DNA of 64,000 nt from Flavobacteriales bacterium (lineage in GTDB: Bacteria > Bacteroidota > Bacteroidia > Palsa-965): contig JBEIPA010000015.1 of the NCBI GenBank assembly GCA_040377305.1, positions 32,001 through 96,000 on the forward strand, in the 5' to 3' direction. Below, piece after piece: positions 18,361 to 27,509 of this stretch. Within the stretch, counting starts at the first letter, position 1; every line of letters begins with the position of its first letter. The notes under the pieces are model-generated. The model saw nothing but the letters and a program-made list of their open reading frames with translations. It was not told where the DNA came from and searched no databases. The position numbers and the translations under genes are program-made.

Positions 18361-18368
18361 CAAAAGTA
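18361..18368 (-). promoter_or_regulatory. Bacteroidota -7 element (TACTTTTG) for glyA
   Basis: TAnnTTTG match upstream of glyA. Confidence 0.6.
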
Positions 18369-18379
18369 GCAAACTGCCT

Positions 18380-18844
18380 TTATAACCTGCGGTGTACGAG
18401 GAAAGATGCAATCAGAATGATGAGCAGGACAGGGCTTTCTATCATCCCGGCCAGGAAACGTGCAATAGGGTAGGCGGCGTCACGGAAACCAATCAACCAT
18501 CCAATTACGAAGAACAGGAACGACAATAGGAAGAGGGCTGCGTAGGCGTATAGCGTGATTTTGTTGTAAGCTCTGCTTTTGAACAGCAGGTGTACAATCA
18601 GAATGGATAAACCGGCGAAGATCACGCTGAAGACTAACGTGATTGGCCATTTCAACCAATACAGTGATTCGTAGGAAAAGCTCCCGAGCCACTGCATCAC
18701 AGGGTGAACATGCGAATCCGGCGAGTTATAGTAGGTTACACGTATCTGTTCATTCCAGTTCAGGAAAACGAATTCCCTGAAAAATCCGGTGCAGACAAAC
18801 AACACCAGCAGTGCTGCTACGATCGGTTTAGTTCGCTTGTGCAT
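18380..18844 (-). CDS. Exosortase X-associated membrane protein
   Basis: 154 aa, ~4 TM helices, FFREFVFLNWN...LYWLKW...ARFLAGMIESP; overlaps the exosortase gene by 17 bp. Confidence 0.7.
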   Translation of the reverse strand: MHKRTKPIVAALLVLFVCTGFFREFVFLNWNEQIRVTYYNSPDSHVHPVMQWLGSFSYESLYWLKWPITLVFSVIFAGLSILIVHLLFKSRAYNKITLYAYAALFLLSFLFFVIGWLIGFRDAAYPIARFLAGMIESPVLLIILIASFLVHRRL

Positions 18845-19367
18845 CCGGAACAGCAGGTGAGAATTTTTTTATCCAGACGTACCACAGTAGAAAAATGAAC
18901 CCGTACATCAAGGTCTGGAACAGGTAAGTATGATTGAAGTCCAGCATTTCGGGGCTCTTTTGCGTTACAATGCAGAGTGCCACAATACGGATGATGTTCA
19001 TGATGTGAATGAGCGTAATACCCACCGGTATATACCAGAGCTTATGCTTCCACTTGCCTGGATAAGCAATGATGAATAAAGAGAAGAGTGCGAACAGGGT
19101 TAGTCCGTTGCATGGATCACCGATCCACAAACCATTTGTTCCCTGAATTCCGATGGTGCGTATTGTTTCGTGAGCGCCCTGAAATGTTTCGAAGCCCATG
19201 GTATCGAGCAACCAGATCGCCCAGAGGGAAGAATCGTTGATCACCAGCGTATCGAGAACACCCCATGGATGGATGACCCATTCGTACAGCATTCGCCATG
19301 CTGCATACATTCCGAGAAATAAGAGGAGGAAGCGGAGTATCCGTTTTTCGCGCGCTTCAAATTTCAT
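18828..19367 (-). CDS. xrtX: Exosortase/archaeosortase-family transpeptidase (XrtX/XrtF-type)
   Basis: 179-aa multi-TM protein with the Cys-Arg-His triad: IGDPCNG, NIIRI, FNHTY. Confidence 0.85.
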   Translation of the reverse strand: MKFEAREKRILRFLLLFLGMYAAWRMLYEWVIHPWGVLDTLVINDSSLWAIWLLDTMGFETFQGAHETIRTIGIQGTNGLWIGDPCNGLTLFALFSLFIIAYPGKWKHKLWYIPVGITLIHIMNIIRIVALCIVTQKSPEMLDFNHTYLFQTLMYGFIFLLWYVWIKKFSPAVPDAQAN

Positions 19368-19372
19368 AAGGG

Positions 19373-19606
19373 TTAGTCTTGTCCCTTATTGGATTTGAAA
19401 GAATTGTAAAGCTTCTTCCCGCCGAAAATTGCAGCAGCACCAATAGCAACAACAATTCCGCCGTCAACCGGAATACAAGGAGGTGGCCAGCATGGCGGAT
19501 CACCAGGAGGTGGTGGCGGAGGAGGTGGTTGACCATGAAGTGCAGTAACTCCTGCAACAATCACAATAACCAAAAGGGCGAGTATCTGATAGTGACGTTT
19601 CGACAT
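19373..19606 (-). CDS. PID-CTERM-type micro-protein (signal peptide + Pro-rich core + sorting signal)
   Basis: MSKRHYQILALLVIVIVAGVTALHG|QPPPPPPPPGDPPCWPPPC|IPVDGG-IVVAIGAAAIFG-GKK: motif, TM helix, basic tail; 5 bp from the exosortase start. Confidence 0.85.
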   Translation of the reverse strand: MSKRHYQILALLVIVIVAGVTALHGQPPPPPPPPGDPPCWPPPCIPVDGGIVVAIGAAAIFGGKKLYNSFKSNKGQD

Positions 19607-19615
19607 CGTAGTAGC

Positions 19616-22258
19616 TTAGTAATAAATTTTCTTCGTAGAAATTTCATTGCCCTTTTGAATACGGACAAGATAAATTCCGTGTGCATCAGGATTGTCAAGA
19701 ACAATGGTCTGTGTACCCACGTTCATTGTTTTTTCGCCCATCACCATACGACCACTCAGGTCGAACATGCTTACGGTTACGATTTCTTCAACTTCAAATT
19801 CAAACTGCGCAAAGATCATCTCTCCGCTTACGTACACGTTTGTTGCAGCATCAAGTGAAGTTGCAGTAGTCTGCAAATCGAATGTGCAGTCGTTCGTACG
19901 CTCGAAGTGCAGCACGAAGTTTCTTGTTGCACCCATTTCAGCTTCTTCAAACTGATACGTGTCGTATTGGTTCAGGTTGATACGTGCGCCGGTTTCCAGG
20001 TCTTCCAGCCAAGCACAGTTGTATTCAGTAACGGTGCTGAGATCTTTGAATGTAAGAATCTGTGTACCCGGAGTAGAAGTAACAACTGCAACCGGAATGG
20101 TCAGATGATCCTGAGTAGTTCCGATATTATTCAGAATGAATTGCTCTCCCAATGAATTTTGCGTGTACACATGCGTTGCGTTTTCGTACGGAGACGCGAG
20201 GTATGGCAAATCGTAAAACATATCATACGACTCATCGCCGGCCGCATCCAGCTTAACGACTGTTTCTTCGCCAAGGCCGTTCACTGCGTTGCCCGCTTTA
20301 ATCCGGATCTGGTTACCGGAGAGCACACGCATCACGTTCGGATTTGCCACTAAGCTCTTACAAGATTCCGTGAACGTAATGTTTCCACCGGTTGAAGCAA
20401 TACACATGAAGCCTTGTGCTGCTGCAATAGTTCCACCATTAGGGTTTGTTGCATACGATCCGTTTTCCTGGAGGATCACAAAGTTCGGGCTCAGCGATGC
20501 AGAAGATGCTGCTGCAACACTTGCATACGTAACGGGACAAGCATAAGGGTTACCCACGAGGTTGTAACCTGCACCTGCACCACCAGCAGTAACTGCACGG
20601 TTTACAGTATTGAAATTTGGAGTACCACGTGTATCGAAAACCAGTGGAGCTGTCAGTGAACTAACATTATCTGCCATCCAGACCATGATACCTCTTCCAG
20701 GTGTAAGTGGTGTTGCGGTAGTTGTAACGTTTGTGTATGTGTTTGTTGTTTCAGAATAGGTGCGAACCGAACGGAAAACAGGGCAGCACGCATTCCCATC
20801 GTTACCGCCAACACCGCTCATATAAAATCGTGTGTCGTTATCCCAATCAGCAAGAGTAGTTGCTGCTACAGGAGAAGAGACATACTGCCAATAAGCAGTT
20901 GCAGGACCATTCACGAAAGTCTGAACGACCCATCCTGTACCGGTTAATGAAGCTAACGCGCCCAATGGGGCAATGCGTGCGTAAGTTGTAGTGCCCGTTG
21001 CAGAAAGGATAACAGTTCCGAATGCCGACGGACCGAATGAGCCTGTGGTGACAGTAAGTATGTTCGAGATGGTCTTAATGAAATTGACCGTTATAGAAGA
21101 CGTGTTGGAAATCGTGAGGTTGTAAAAAACCGTACTCGAAACACCATCTATAGCCTGAGGAGTGCTACCTAACATACGAACAGTACCTTGTCTCGCAGTG
21201 AAGTTGCCATTGTCCTGCCAGGTACCCGAAAGTGTGATCTGATGATTGGCAACACCCACATCGAGTGTTCCTGAAACGATTGCGAGTGAACCTGCACAAA
21301 TAATTGCACGCGCTAATGTTACGGTGCCCGACGACATAATCGTGAGGTTGTTGAAGCCTTCACCAGCAAGATTCGCACTTTGAATCACCTGGCTTGAGCC
21401 GATCATATTAACGCCAATCTGATTGGTGCAGTTAATACCTGCGAAGTTTATCCAGTTGCCACCCACATTTAAAAACTGGTTTGCACAGTCAACTGTTGTT
21501 CCGGCAAAAATACGGAAGTCGCCATTCACGGTTAGATTTCCACCTGACCATGTTTTTGTGCTTGAACCTGACGAAAGTAAGTCGAGATGGTGATAGGTTT
21601 GCAACATGATTGGATTCGCAGAGTTTCCGTTGTATCTCATGCGATTGCCAGAAATTGCAAAGTTGTAGTTAGAAGAATTTCCAAGCAATGGTTGTGCAAC
21701 AGAAAATGTACCAGTGGACCAATTGGTGAATAAACCTGTGCCCGAAGGTGAAATTGAACCTCCGGTAAGAGCCACGTTACCGCGGTTTGTAAGGCGGGCA
21801 TTATCCTGAATATAGAAGTAATTTACTTTGAGAATATTCGAGCCCGGAGCAATAGAGACGTTACAACCATTCATGAAATTCCAGTTGCCACCGTTGGTGA
21901 AAGTGCCGGCAATGGCAATCGTAGCCGGGTTGCCGTAGAAGTACATGTGGCTTACGCTTAGTGTAACACCGTTGCGGATGAAGTCACCACGCACCCGAAT
22001 ATTTCTGCTGTTGAAATTCAACGTACAGCCCGCGTTGATGATGAGGTCAACACAATCAGAAAGTGCCTGCAATGTGATTGTGTGATTACCTTGAATCGTT
22101 ACATCGTCATCCAGATCCGGAATATTATCTGCGTCGAAACCAGTATGTGTCCACGAACCTGATGCGTTCCAGTTGCCTGTGGCAAATGAAGTGAAAGTTG
22201 CTGCATTCAGATTCAACGCAAAAAAGACGAAAAGGGCTACTTGTATAATTCGATTCAT
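19616..22258 (-). CDS. T9SS (type A CTD) cargo protein with G8-like/beta-helix N-terminus
   Basis: Signal peptide; TGNWN...W...DDVTI start; beta-helix repeats (NLTVNGDF, GGNWIN, FYNLTI); GYNLVGNPY; CTD MFDLSGRMV...GIYLVRI...TKKI; ATG at 22258. Confidence 0.85.
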   Translation of the reverse strand: MNRIIQVALFVFFALNLNAATFTSFATGNWNASGSWTHTGFDADNIPDLDDDVTIQGNHTITLQALSDCVDLIINAGCTLNFNSRNIRVRGDFIRNGVTLSVSHMYFYGNPATIAIAGTFTNGGNWNFMNGCNVSIAPGSNILKVNYFYIQDNARLTNRGNVALTGGSISPSGTGLFTNWSTGTFSVAQPLLGNSSNYNFAISGNRMRYNGNSANPIMLQTYHHLDLLSSGSSTKTWSGGNLTVNGDFRIFAGTTVDCANQFLNVGGNWINFAGINCTNQIGVNMIGSSQVIQSANLAGEGFNNLTIMSSGTVTLARAIICAGSLAIVSGTLDVGVANHQITLSGTWQDNGNFTARQGTVRMLGSTPQAIDGVSSTVFYNLTISNTSSITVNFIKTISNILTVTTGSFGPSAFGTVILSATGTTTYARIAPLGALASLTGTGWVVQTFVNGPATAYWQYVSSPVAATTLADWDNDTRFYMSGVGGNDGNACCPVFRSVRTYSETTNTYTNVTTTATPLTPGRGIMVWMADNVSSLTAPLVFDTRGTPNFNTVNRAVTAGGAGAGYNLVGNPYACPVTYASVAAASSASLSPNFVILQENGSYATNPNGGTIAAAQGFMCIASTGGNITFTESCKSLVANPNVMRVLSGNQIRIKAGNAVNGLGEETVVKLDAAGDESYDMFYDLPYLASPYENATHVYTQNSLGEQFILNNIGTTQDHLTIPVAVVTSTPGTQILTFKDLSTVTEYNCAWLEDLETGARINLNQYDTYQFEEAEMGATRNFVLHFERTNDCTFDLQTTATSLDAATNVYVSGEMIFAQFEFEVEEIVTVSMFDLSGRMVMGEKTMNVGTQTIVLDNPDAHGIYLVRIQKGNEISTKKIYY

Positions 22259-22289
22259 GTTCAATGATTTAGGGGCACTTTATTTGGAA

Positions 22290-22297
22290 CAAAGTTA
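22290..22297 (-). promoter_or_regulatory. Bacteroidota -7 element (TAACTTTG) for the T9SS-PID-CTERM-exosortase operon
   Basis: Exact TAnnTTTG in the 111-bp divergent region; a TAACTTTA variant at 22354-22361 on + faces wzc. Confidence 0.6.
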
Positions 22298-22369
22298 CTC
22301 AATTTATACGCAATTAGCCAGAATATGGTTTAGCCCTCCGCACGGGATTTTGTTAACTTTACCGCCTTA

Positions 22370-24784
22370 ATGAAAACGAGCGCCGGCATTATCAGTCAAG
22401 GGGATCTAACGCGGATTTGGGCTATTGTCCGCAAAAACTGGTGGATTGTGGTGTTGATAAGTGCCGTTGGGTTCGGAATAGGGAACCTCTACACCTACAA
22501 GCTTACGAACACGTATGGGGCAACCACCCAGATTTTGTTGCGTTCCAACGACGAAATCAAGCAGGGTAGCATCATTTCTGATAATCCCTATTACGGTCCA
22601 ACAATCAAAACATATATCGATAATTCGAACGAAAGGCGAATTCTTACCTCGTACGATCTGATTCTGGAGACAATTGAGCGCCTTGACTTCGACGTATCCT
22701 ACTTTATCGTTGGACGTGTTCGTACCGATGAATTGTTCCAGGGACTTCCATTTGATGTTACTGTGGGTGAAATGGACCGGGAATTCTACGAGCAGAAAAT
22801 GAGTTTTAAGATAGTAAACGACAAGGAATACACACTCAAGTACGTGAAGGGTGGACAGGATGTTGAGGTAAAAGGAGTGTTTGGGAAAGACTTTAAGAAT
22901 GACGATTTCCATATTCTGGTCAAGCTTAAAAAATCGGGTGAACAACTGCAGGCTGCAATTGGTGCGGACTACCTGATTCAGGCCCATTCGATCGGTACTT
23001 TGGTATCGAAGTTCCAGGGCTCAATGAAAGTAGAATCTCCGGAATACACGAACATCCTTGAGATAAGTGTCGAAGATGAAATTCCGGAGCGGGGTGTCAT
23101 GTTTCTGGATACGCTCATACAGGTTTACGTGGAGAATTCATTGGAGCAACGTATGGCTGTCAATGAAAATACAGTTTACTTCATCGACAGGCAATTGTTG
23201 GAGGTTACCAGTATTCTGAACAATATTGAAGACTCGCTTCAAACTTATCGTGAAGGGAATGTGATTATTAATCTTGAGGACGAAGGACAACAATTCTTCA
23301 GTCAATACATGGGATTTAATAACAGAAAACGAAGCATGCAATTGCAAATTCAGGGACTGAAAGATTTGCAGGAATATATGAACACCAACAAGGACCCTCA
23401 ATTCCTTCCACCGGCAGCATTTTTCTCCTTTGGTGATCCCTATCTCGATCGGAGTATTACCCAGTTATATGGTCTGCAAATCAGTAGGGTCTCAATTCTT
23501 AGCACAGGCACGGAAGCAAATCCGGATGTAGTTGCACTTGACTCAAATATTACGCAACTCAAACGCAATATGAACACCTACATCAATAATAACCGGTTGG
23601 CTATTATTGAGAATATTAAAGCGACGGAATTGCAGATCGATACTTCGATTATGGAGTTGCAGGAAATTCCTCTCAAGCAAAGAGGCCTGAAAAACATTAA
23701 CCGCGAACTTCAGGTTCACGAGAACATGTACCTCTTTCTTCTGCAAAGAAAAGCAACGACCATTATTGCGCGTGGAGGTATTCTTCCCGAGACAAAAATT
23801 ATCGACAGGGCAAGAAATATCGGAGTGGTTCGTCCGAACAGAACCATGATCAATTATTACTTTGCTGGTGGCGCTTTTATTCTGTCGCTTATTATTGTTT
23901 TCATACGCATCATGTTCTTCGCGCGAATTGAATCGTACGAAGAATTGAAAGCAGCTACCGATCTGCCGGTCATCGGAGAAATTATTTATACCCCGCTCGC
24001 CGAGGATATCAAGCTTGTTGTGGATAGTGATCCGAAATCGCCGGTGGCAGAATCGTTCCGTACGGTGCGTACGAATTTACAGTACATGCTTGGGGATCGG
24101 GATAAAGGTGTAATTGTAATTACTTCCAATAGTCCGGGAGAAGGAAAAACATTCTGCTCAATCAATCTTGCCGGAATTCTGGCGAAGGGTGGCAAGAAAA
24201 CGATTCTGTTGGAGCTGGATCTCCATAAGCCACGTGTACATAAGGGACTGGGAATTGAGCACAAGATTGGATTCAGTACGCTGGCTATCGGAAAGTCGGA
24301 ACTGAAAGATATAATCATTCCAACCCAACTCGAAAATCTGGACGTGATTCTCTCCGGACCATTACCTCCGAATCCATCTGAAATTGTAGTATCGAAAGTG
24401 ATGACTACAGTTCTCGATTATTGTAAAGCCAACTATGATTTTGTAATCATCGATACACCACCGGTTGGACTCATTACAGATGCGCTTGTGCTGATGAAGC
24501 ATTCCGACGTCAGCATTTTCGTATTGAACACGAAGGCTGCATCGAAGACTGCATTGCAGAACGCTCATGAAATTGTACAGATGAACAAGCTTTCACATTT
24601 TGGGTTCATCCTCAACGGTGTGAAGCGTAAGAAATCGAAGTACTACTACAATCGCTATGCTTATGGTTACGGAAGTTACGGCGGTGGTTATGGATCTTAC
24701 GGGGGAGAAGGCTCGTACGGTGGTTATGGCTCATACGGTGACAAAACCGGAAAGAAAGCGCCTTTTGGCAAGAGAAAGAACTAG
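22370..24784 (+). CDS. wzc: Polysaccharide co-polymerase / BY-kinase (Wzc-like)
   Basis: Two TM helices around a coiled-coil periplasmic domain; ESFRTVRTN, Walker A GEGKT, DLHKP, IIDTPP; C-terminal Tyr cluster. Confidence 0.95.
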   Translation: MKTSAGIISQGDLTRIWAIVRKNWWIVVLISAVGFGIGNLYTYKLTNTYGATTQILLRSNDEIKQGSIISDNPYYGPTIKTYIDNSNERRILTSYDLILETIERLDFDVSYFIVGRVRTDELFQGLPFDVTVGEMDREFYEQKMSFKIVNDKEYTLKYVKGGQDVEVKGVFGKDFKNDDFHILVKLKKSGEQLQAAIGADYLIQAHSIGTLVSKFQGSMKVESPEYTNILEISVEDEIPERGVMFLDTLIQVYVENSLEQRMAVNENTVYFIDRQLLEVTSILNNIEDSLQTYREGNVIINLEDEGQQFFSQYMGFNNRKRSMQLQIQGLKDLQEYMNTNKDPQFLPPAAFFSFGDPYLDRSITQLYGLQISRVSILSTGTEANPDVVALDSNITQLKRNMNTYINNNRLAIIENIKATELQIDTSIMELQEIPLKQRGLKNINRELQVHENMYLFLLQRKATTIIARGGILPETKIIDRARNIGVVRPNRTMINYYFAGGAFILSLIIVFIRIMFFARIESYEELKAATDLPVIGEIIYTPLAEDIKLVVDSDPKSPVAESFRTVRTNLQYMLGDRDKGVIVITSNSPGEGKTFCSINLAGILAKGGKKTILLELDLHKPRVHKGLGIEHKIGFSTLAIGKSELKDIIIPTQLENLDVILSGPLPPNPSEIVVSKVMTTVLDYCKANYDFVIIDTPPVGLITDALVLMKHSDVSIFVLNTKAASKTALQNAHEIVQMNKLSHFGFILNGVKRKKSKYYYNRYAYGYGSYGGGYGSYGGEGSYGGYGSYGDKTGKKAPFGKRKN

Positions 24785-24823
24785 GGTCATTACAGCAACT
24801 TACAGAGATAAACCCATATAAAA

Positions 24824-25687
24824 TTGCTCGAGAATCAACATTTAAAAACACGTGTTTATTCACCTGGGGGAACCGGTGACAATTTCTTCGCTATCTGGAG
24901 AAGTATTATTCGCGAGTTCTGGTTAAGTCATGGGTTGGGTTTTCGGCTTGCTTCCAGAAACATAAGCGCACGTTACCGTAGAAGTTTGTTGGGTTTCCTT
25001 TGGGCGTTCCTTCCACCAATCGTTACCTCAATTGTTTGGATCGTGCTTAATGATCAGAAAATTGTACAGTTTGGTAAAACAGATATTCCTTATCCACTGT
25101 TCGTTGTTTGCGGCACCACATTGTGGCAGATGTTCACTTCTGCAGTTGTCATTCCGATCCAAACGGTCAATGCCAGTAAGTCAATCTTGTCGAAGATCAA
25201 CTTCCCACGTGAGGCGATTCTGATTAATGCTTTTTACGAGATCTTATTTAACGTAGTAATTGGAATGATTATCATCGGCGCAATGTTGATTTATTCCGGA
25301 ATTAATCCGGGTTTTAGTGCGCTTCTATATCTGCCTTTAATTCTTCAGCTCATTTTAATTGGGTTCACGGTAAGCTTGTTCCTCCTTCCGCTTTCTCTAC
25401 TTTATTCCGACGTTCAGTATTTATTGCCAACGGCATTACAATTTGTCATGTACCTGACTCCCGTTATCTATCCTAAGCCAGTACTCACGTCATTCGAGTG
25501 GCTGTTCAAGTACAATCCTGTAGGATTAACGCTTCAATATATACGGGGCGGCATTACAAATTCTGTGGTTGATGTCACGACTTTGGATTTTGTCACGGTT
25601 GGCTTAGCAACACTTGGTTTATTCGTAGTGGGAGTTGTGTTATTCCGGATTACAATGGAAGTTTTGATAGAACGGATGGGTAGCTGA
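24824..25687 (+). CDS. wzm: Polysaccharide ABC transporter permease (Wzm)
   Basis: RYRRSLLGFLWAFLPP, KINFPRE, YLTPVIYP, NP; TTG start. Confidence 0.92.
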   Translation: MLENQHLKTRVYSPGGTGDNFFAIWRSIIREFWLSHGLGFRLASRNISARYRRSLLGFLWAFLPPIVTSIVWIVLNDQKIVQFGKTDIPYPLFVVCGTTLWQMFTSAVVIPIQTVNASKSILSKINFPREAILINAFYEILFNVVIGMIIIGAMLIYSGINPGFSALLYLPLILQLILIGFTVSLFLLPLSLLYSDVQYLLPTALQFVMYLTPVIYPKPVLTSFEWLFKYNPVGLTLQYIRGGITNSVVDVTTLDFVTVGLATLGLFVVGVVLFRITMEVLIERMGS

Positions 25688-26886
25688 TGATACAGAATAG
25701 AGACATACTTGTAAAAGTTCAGGGTGTTGGCAAGAAGTTCAGCAAAGACCTCAAAAAGTCATTGCGATACGGATTGTTTGATGTCTGTAAGTCTGTAGTT
25801 GGATTGGGTTCACGTGAGCGCTCTGTACTGCGTAAAGATGAGTTCTGGGCAGTTCGTGATGTAAGCTTTGAACTGAGACGAGGTGAAGTTCTGGGACTGA
25901 TAGGACACAATGGTGCAGGGAAGAGTACACTTCTGAAAATGCTCAACGGATTGATCAGACCCGATGAAGGATCGATCACGATGCATGGACGGGTAGGAGC
26001 TTTGATTGAGTTGGGCACAGGTTTTAATCCGGTGCTTACAGGACGTGAGAATATTTATGTCAATGGACAAATTCTTGGGTTCTCGAAGAAAGAAATTGAT
26101 GGGAAACTAGAGTCTATTATTGACTTCTCGGAGATTCGTGAATTCATAGACAGCCCGGTTCAGAGTTATAGTAGCGGAATGAAAGTTCGTTTGGGATTTG
26201 CAGTGGCCTCGCAAATGGAACCTGACGTTCTCATTCTTGACGAGGTGCTTGCTGTTGGCGACATCGGCTTTCGCGGCAAATGCATGAAAGTAGTTCATGA
26301 AATGATGAACAGAGCAGCGGTAATTTTCGTGTCACATTCAATGCCTGTTGTAAACAGATATTGCAATAGAGCGATGATGCTTGCAAAAGGTGCAATGATG
26401 ATGGACACATATGAAGTCCAACTAGCTATTGACAAGTATCTGAGTTCTTTCGAAGGCAACAATTCAAATATTTTTTCTTCGGGACAAGTGGAGTTGCAGA
26501 AGTTTGGATTCAATGGCATTGAACTACAAACCGGAAAAGGTGAAGTGCCGGTATTTGACCACGCCGAAATCCGTATTAATCTGAAGTCTTTGGATGAGCG
26601 ACTGTCAAAGGTTCGAATCCGACTGAACTTCATCAATAAAGATTTACTCATTGTTGCTTCGGTCATTTCGGAAGAGATAGCTGTTGAACAAGGGCTGATA
26701 AATTATTACTTCAAAGCAGGACCGTTTAATGCTCAGCCGGGTATGTACAAAGTTTCATTGGTTGTTTTTGGGGAAAGCTTCAGAGACGCGCTATTGATAC
26801 ATGATTCTGTATACAACATTCAGGTAACAGGAGAGAAAGATTACGGCGGACATGTTATTATCCTTAAAACTGAACCTATTTCTTAA
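25687..26886 (+). CDS. wzt: Polysaccharide ABC transporter ATPase (Wzt) with C-terminal domain
   Basis: GHNGAGKST, YSSGMKVRLGFA, ILDEVLAVGD, VSH; ~140-aa Wzt_C-like extension. Confidence 0.95.
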   Translation: MIQNRDILVKVQGVGKKFSKDLKKSLRYGLFDVCKSVVGLGSRERSVLRKDEFWAVRDVSFELRRGEVLGLIGHNGAGKSTLLKMLNGLIRPDEGSITMHGRVGALIELGTGFNPVLTGRENIYVNGQILGFSKKEIDGKLESIIDFSEIREFIDSPVQSYSSGMKVRLGFAVASQMEPDVLILDEVLAVGDIGFRGKCMKVVHEMMNRAAVIFVSHSMPVVNRYCNRAMMLAKGAMMMDTYEVQLAIDKYLSSFEGNNSNIFSSGQVELQKFGFNGIELQTGKGEVPVFDHAEIRINLKSLDERLSKVRIRLNFINKDLLIVASVISEEIAVEQGLINYYFKAGPFNAQPGMYKVSLVVFGESFRDALLIHDSVYNIQVTGEKDYGGHVIILKTEPIS

Positions 26887-26893
26887 TCGCACT

Positions 26894-27484
26894 ATGAACA
26901 AGAACGAAATATTAAAAGCAGCTCTGGCCTGCCAAGGGTGGGGAACGGAAGGTCAGCTTTCGGTAATGTATGATTTGGTGCAGAAGCATGCACAAGTCGA
27001 CGGAGATATACTTGAGATCGGTTCAGCTTGGGGCCGCAGCGCAGTTATGTTTGGGTTGTCTTCACCCAAAAAGCTCTGGTCAATCGATCCGCATTCTGGT
27101 GGTCTTCGTTACATTCTTAATAACGAGAATCAGAATTCGTATGATGAATTTCTTGGCAACTTAAAGAAGAATGGTTTGATTGATAAAGTGGGAGTCGTTA
27201 AGGCTACTACCAAAGATGCCCGCGATCAGCAACTGATTCCGGCGGACGTTAAATTCGCATTTGTATATATTGACGGACTGCATACTGCGGAAGGCGTAGA
27301 AATTGATATTGATTTTGCATGGCCTCGTTTAACTCCGGGAGCAGTTGTTGCCTTTGATGATTACTTTGTTCCGGGCGTTGTGGATATGAAAGAGATGATC
27401 GATGCGAAAGTTAAAGCGTATGGTCAAAAGCTTATCCTGGACGATAAGGTCAAGCTCGCATATTTCATTTACACAAAGGACTGA
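26894..27484 (+). CDS. Class I SAM methyltransferase (Methyltransf_24-like)
   Basis: ILEIGSAWGRS, SIDPH, YIDGLHT, VAFDDY. Confidence 0.85.
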   Translation: MNKNEILKAALACQGWGTEGQLSVMYDLVQKHAQVDGDILEIGSAWGRSAVMFGLSSPKKLWSIDPHSGGLRYILNNENQNSYDEFLGNLKKNGLIDKVGVVKATTKDARDQQLIPADVKFAFVYIDGLHTAEGVEIDIDFAWPRLTPGAVVAFDDYFVPGVVDMKEMIDAKVKAYGQKLILDDKVKLAYFIYTKD

Positions 27485-27509
27485 GTTTTCTCTCTCTTAA
27501 AGGAAATAA

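Noticed and set aside
19357-19560. Alternative-frame 67-aa ORF over the micropeptide gene
   Set aside because: The 77-aa frame has a coherent signal peptide, sorting motif and TM-basic tail; this frame does not
24640-24745. GSYG/GGYG repeats at the end of wzc as a novel repeat element
   Set aside because: This is the expected BY-kinase tyrosine autophosphorylation cluster, with varied codons
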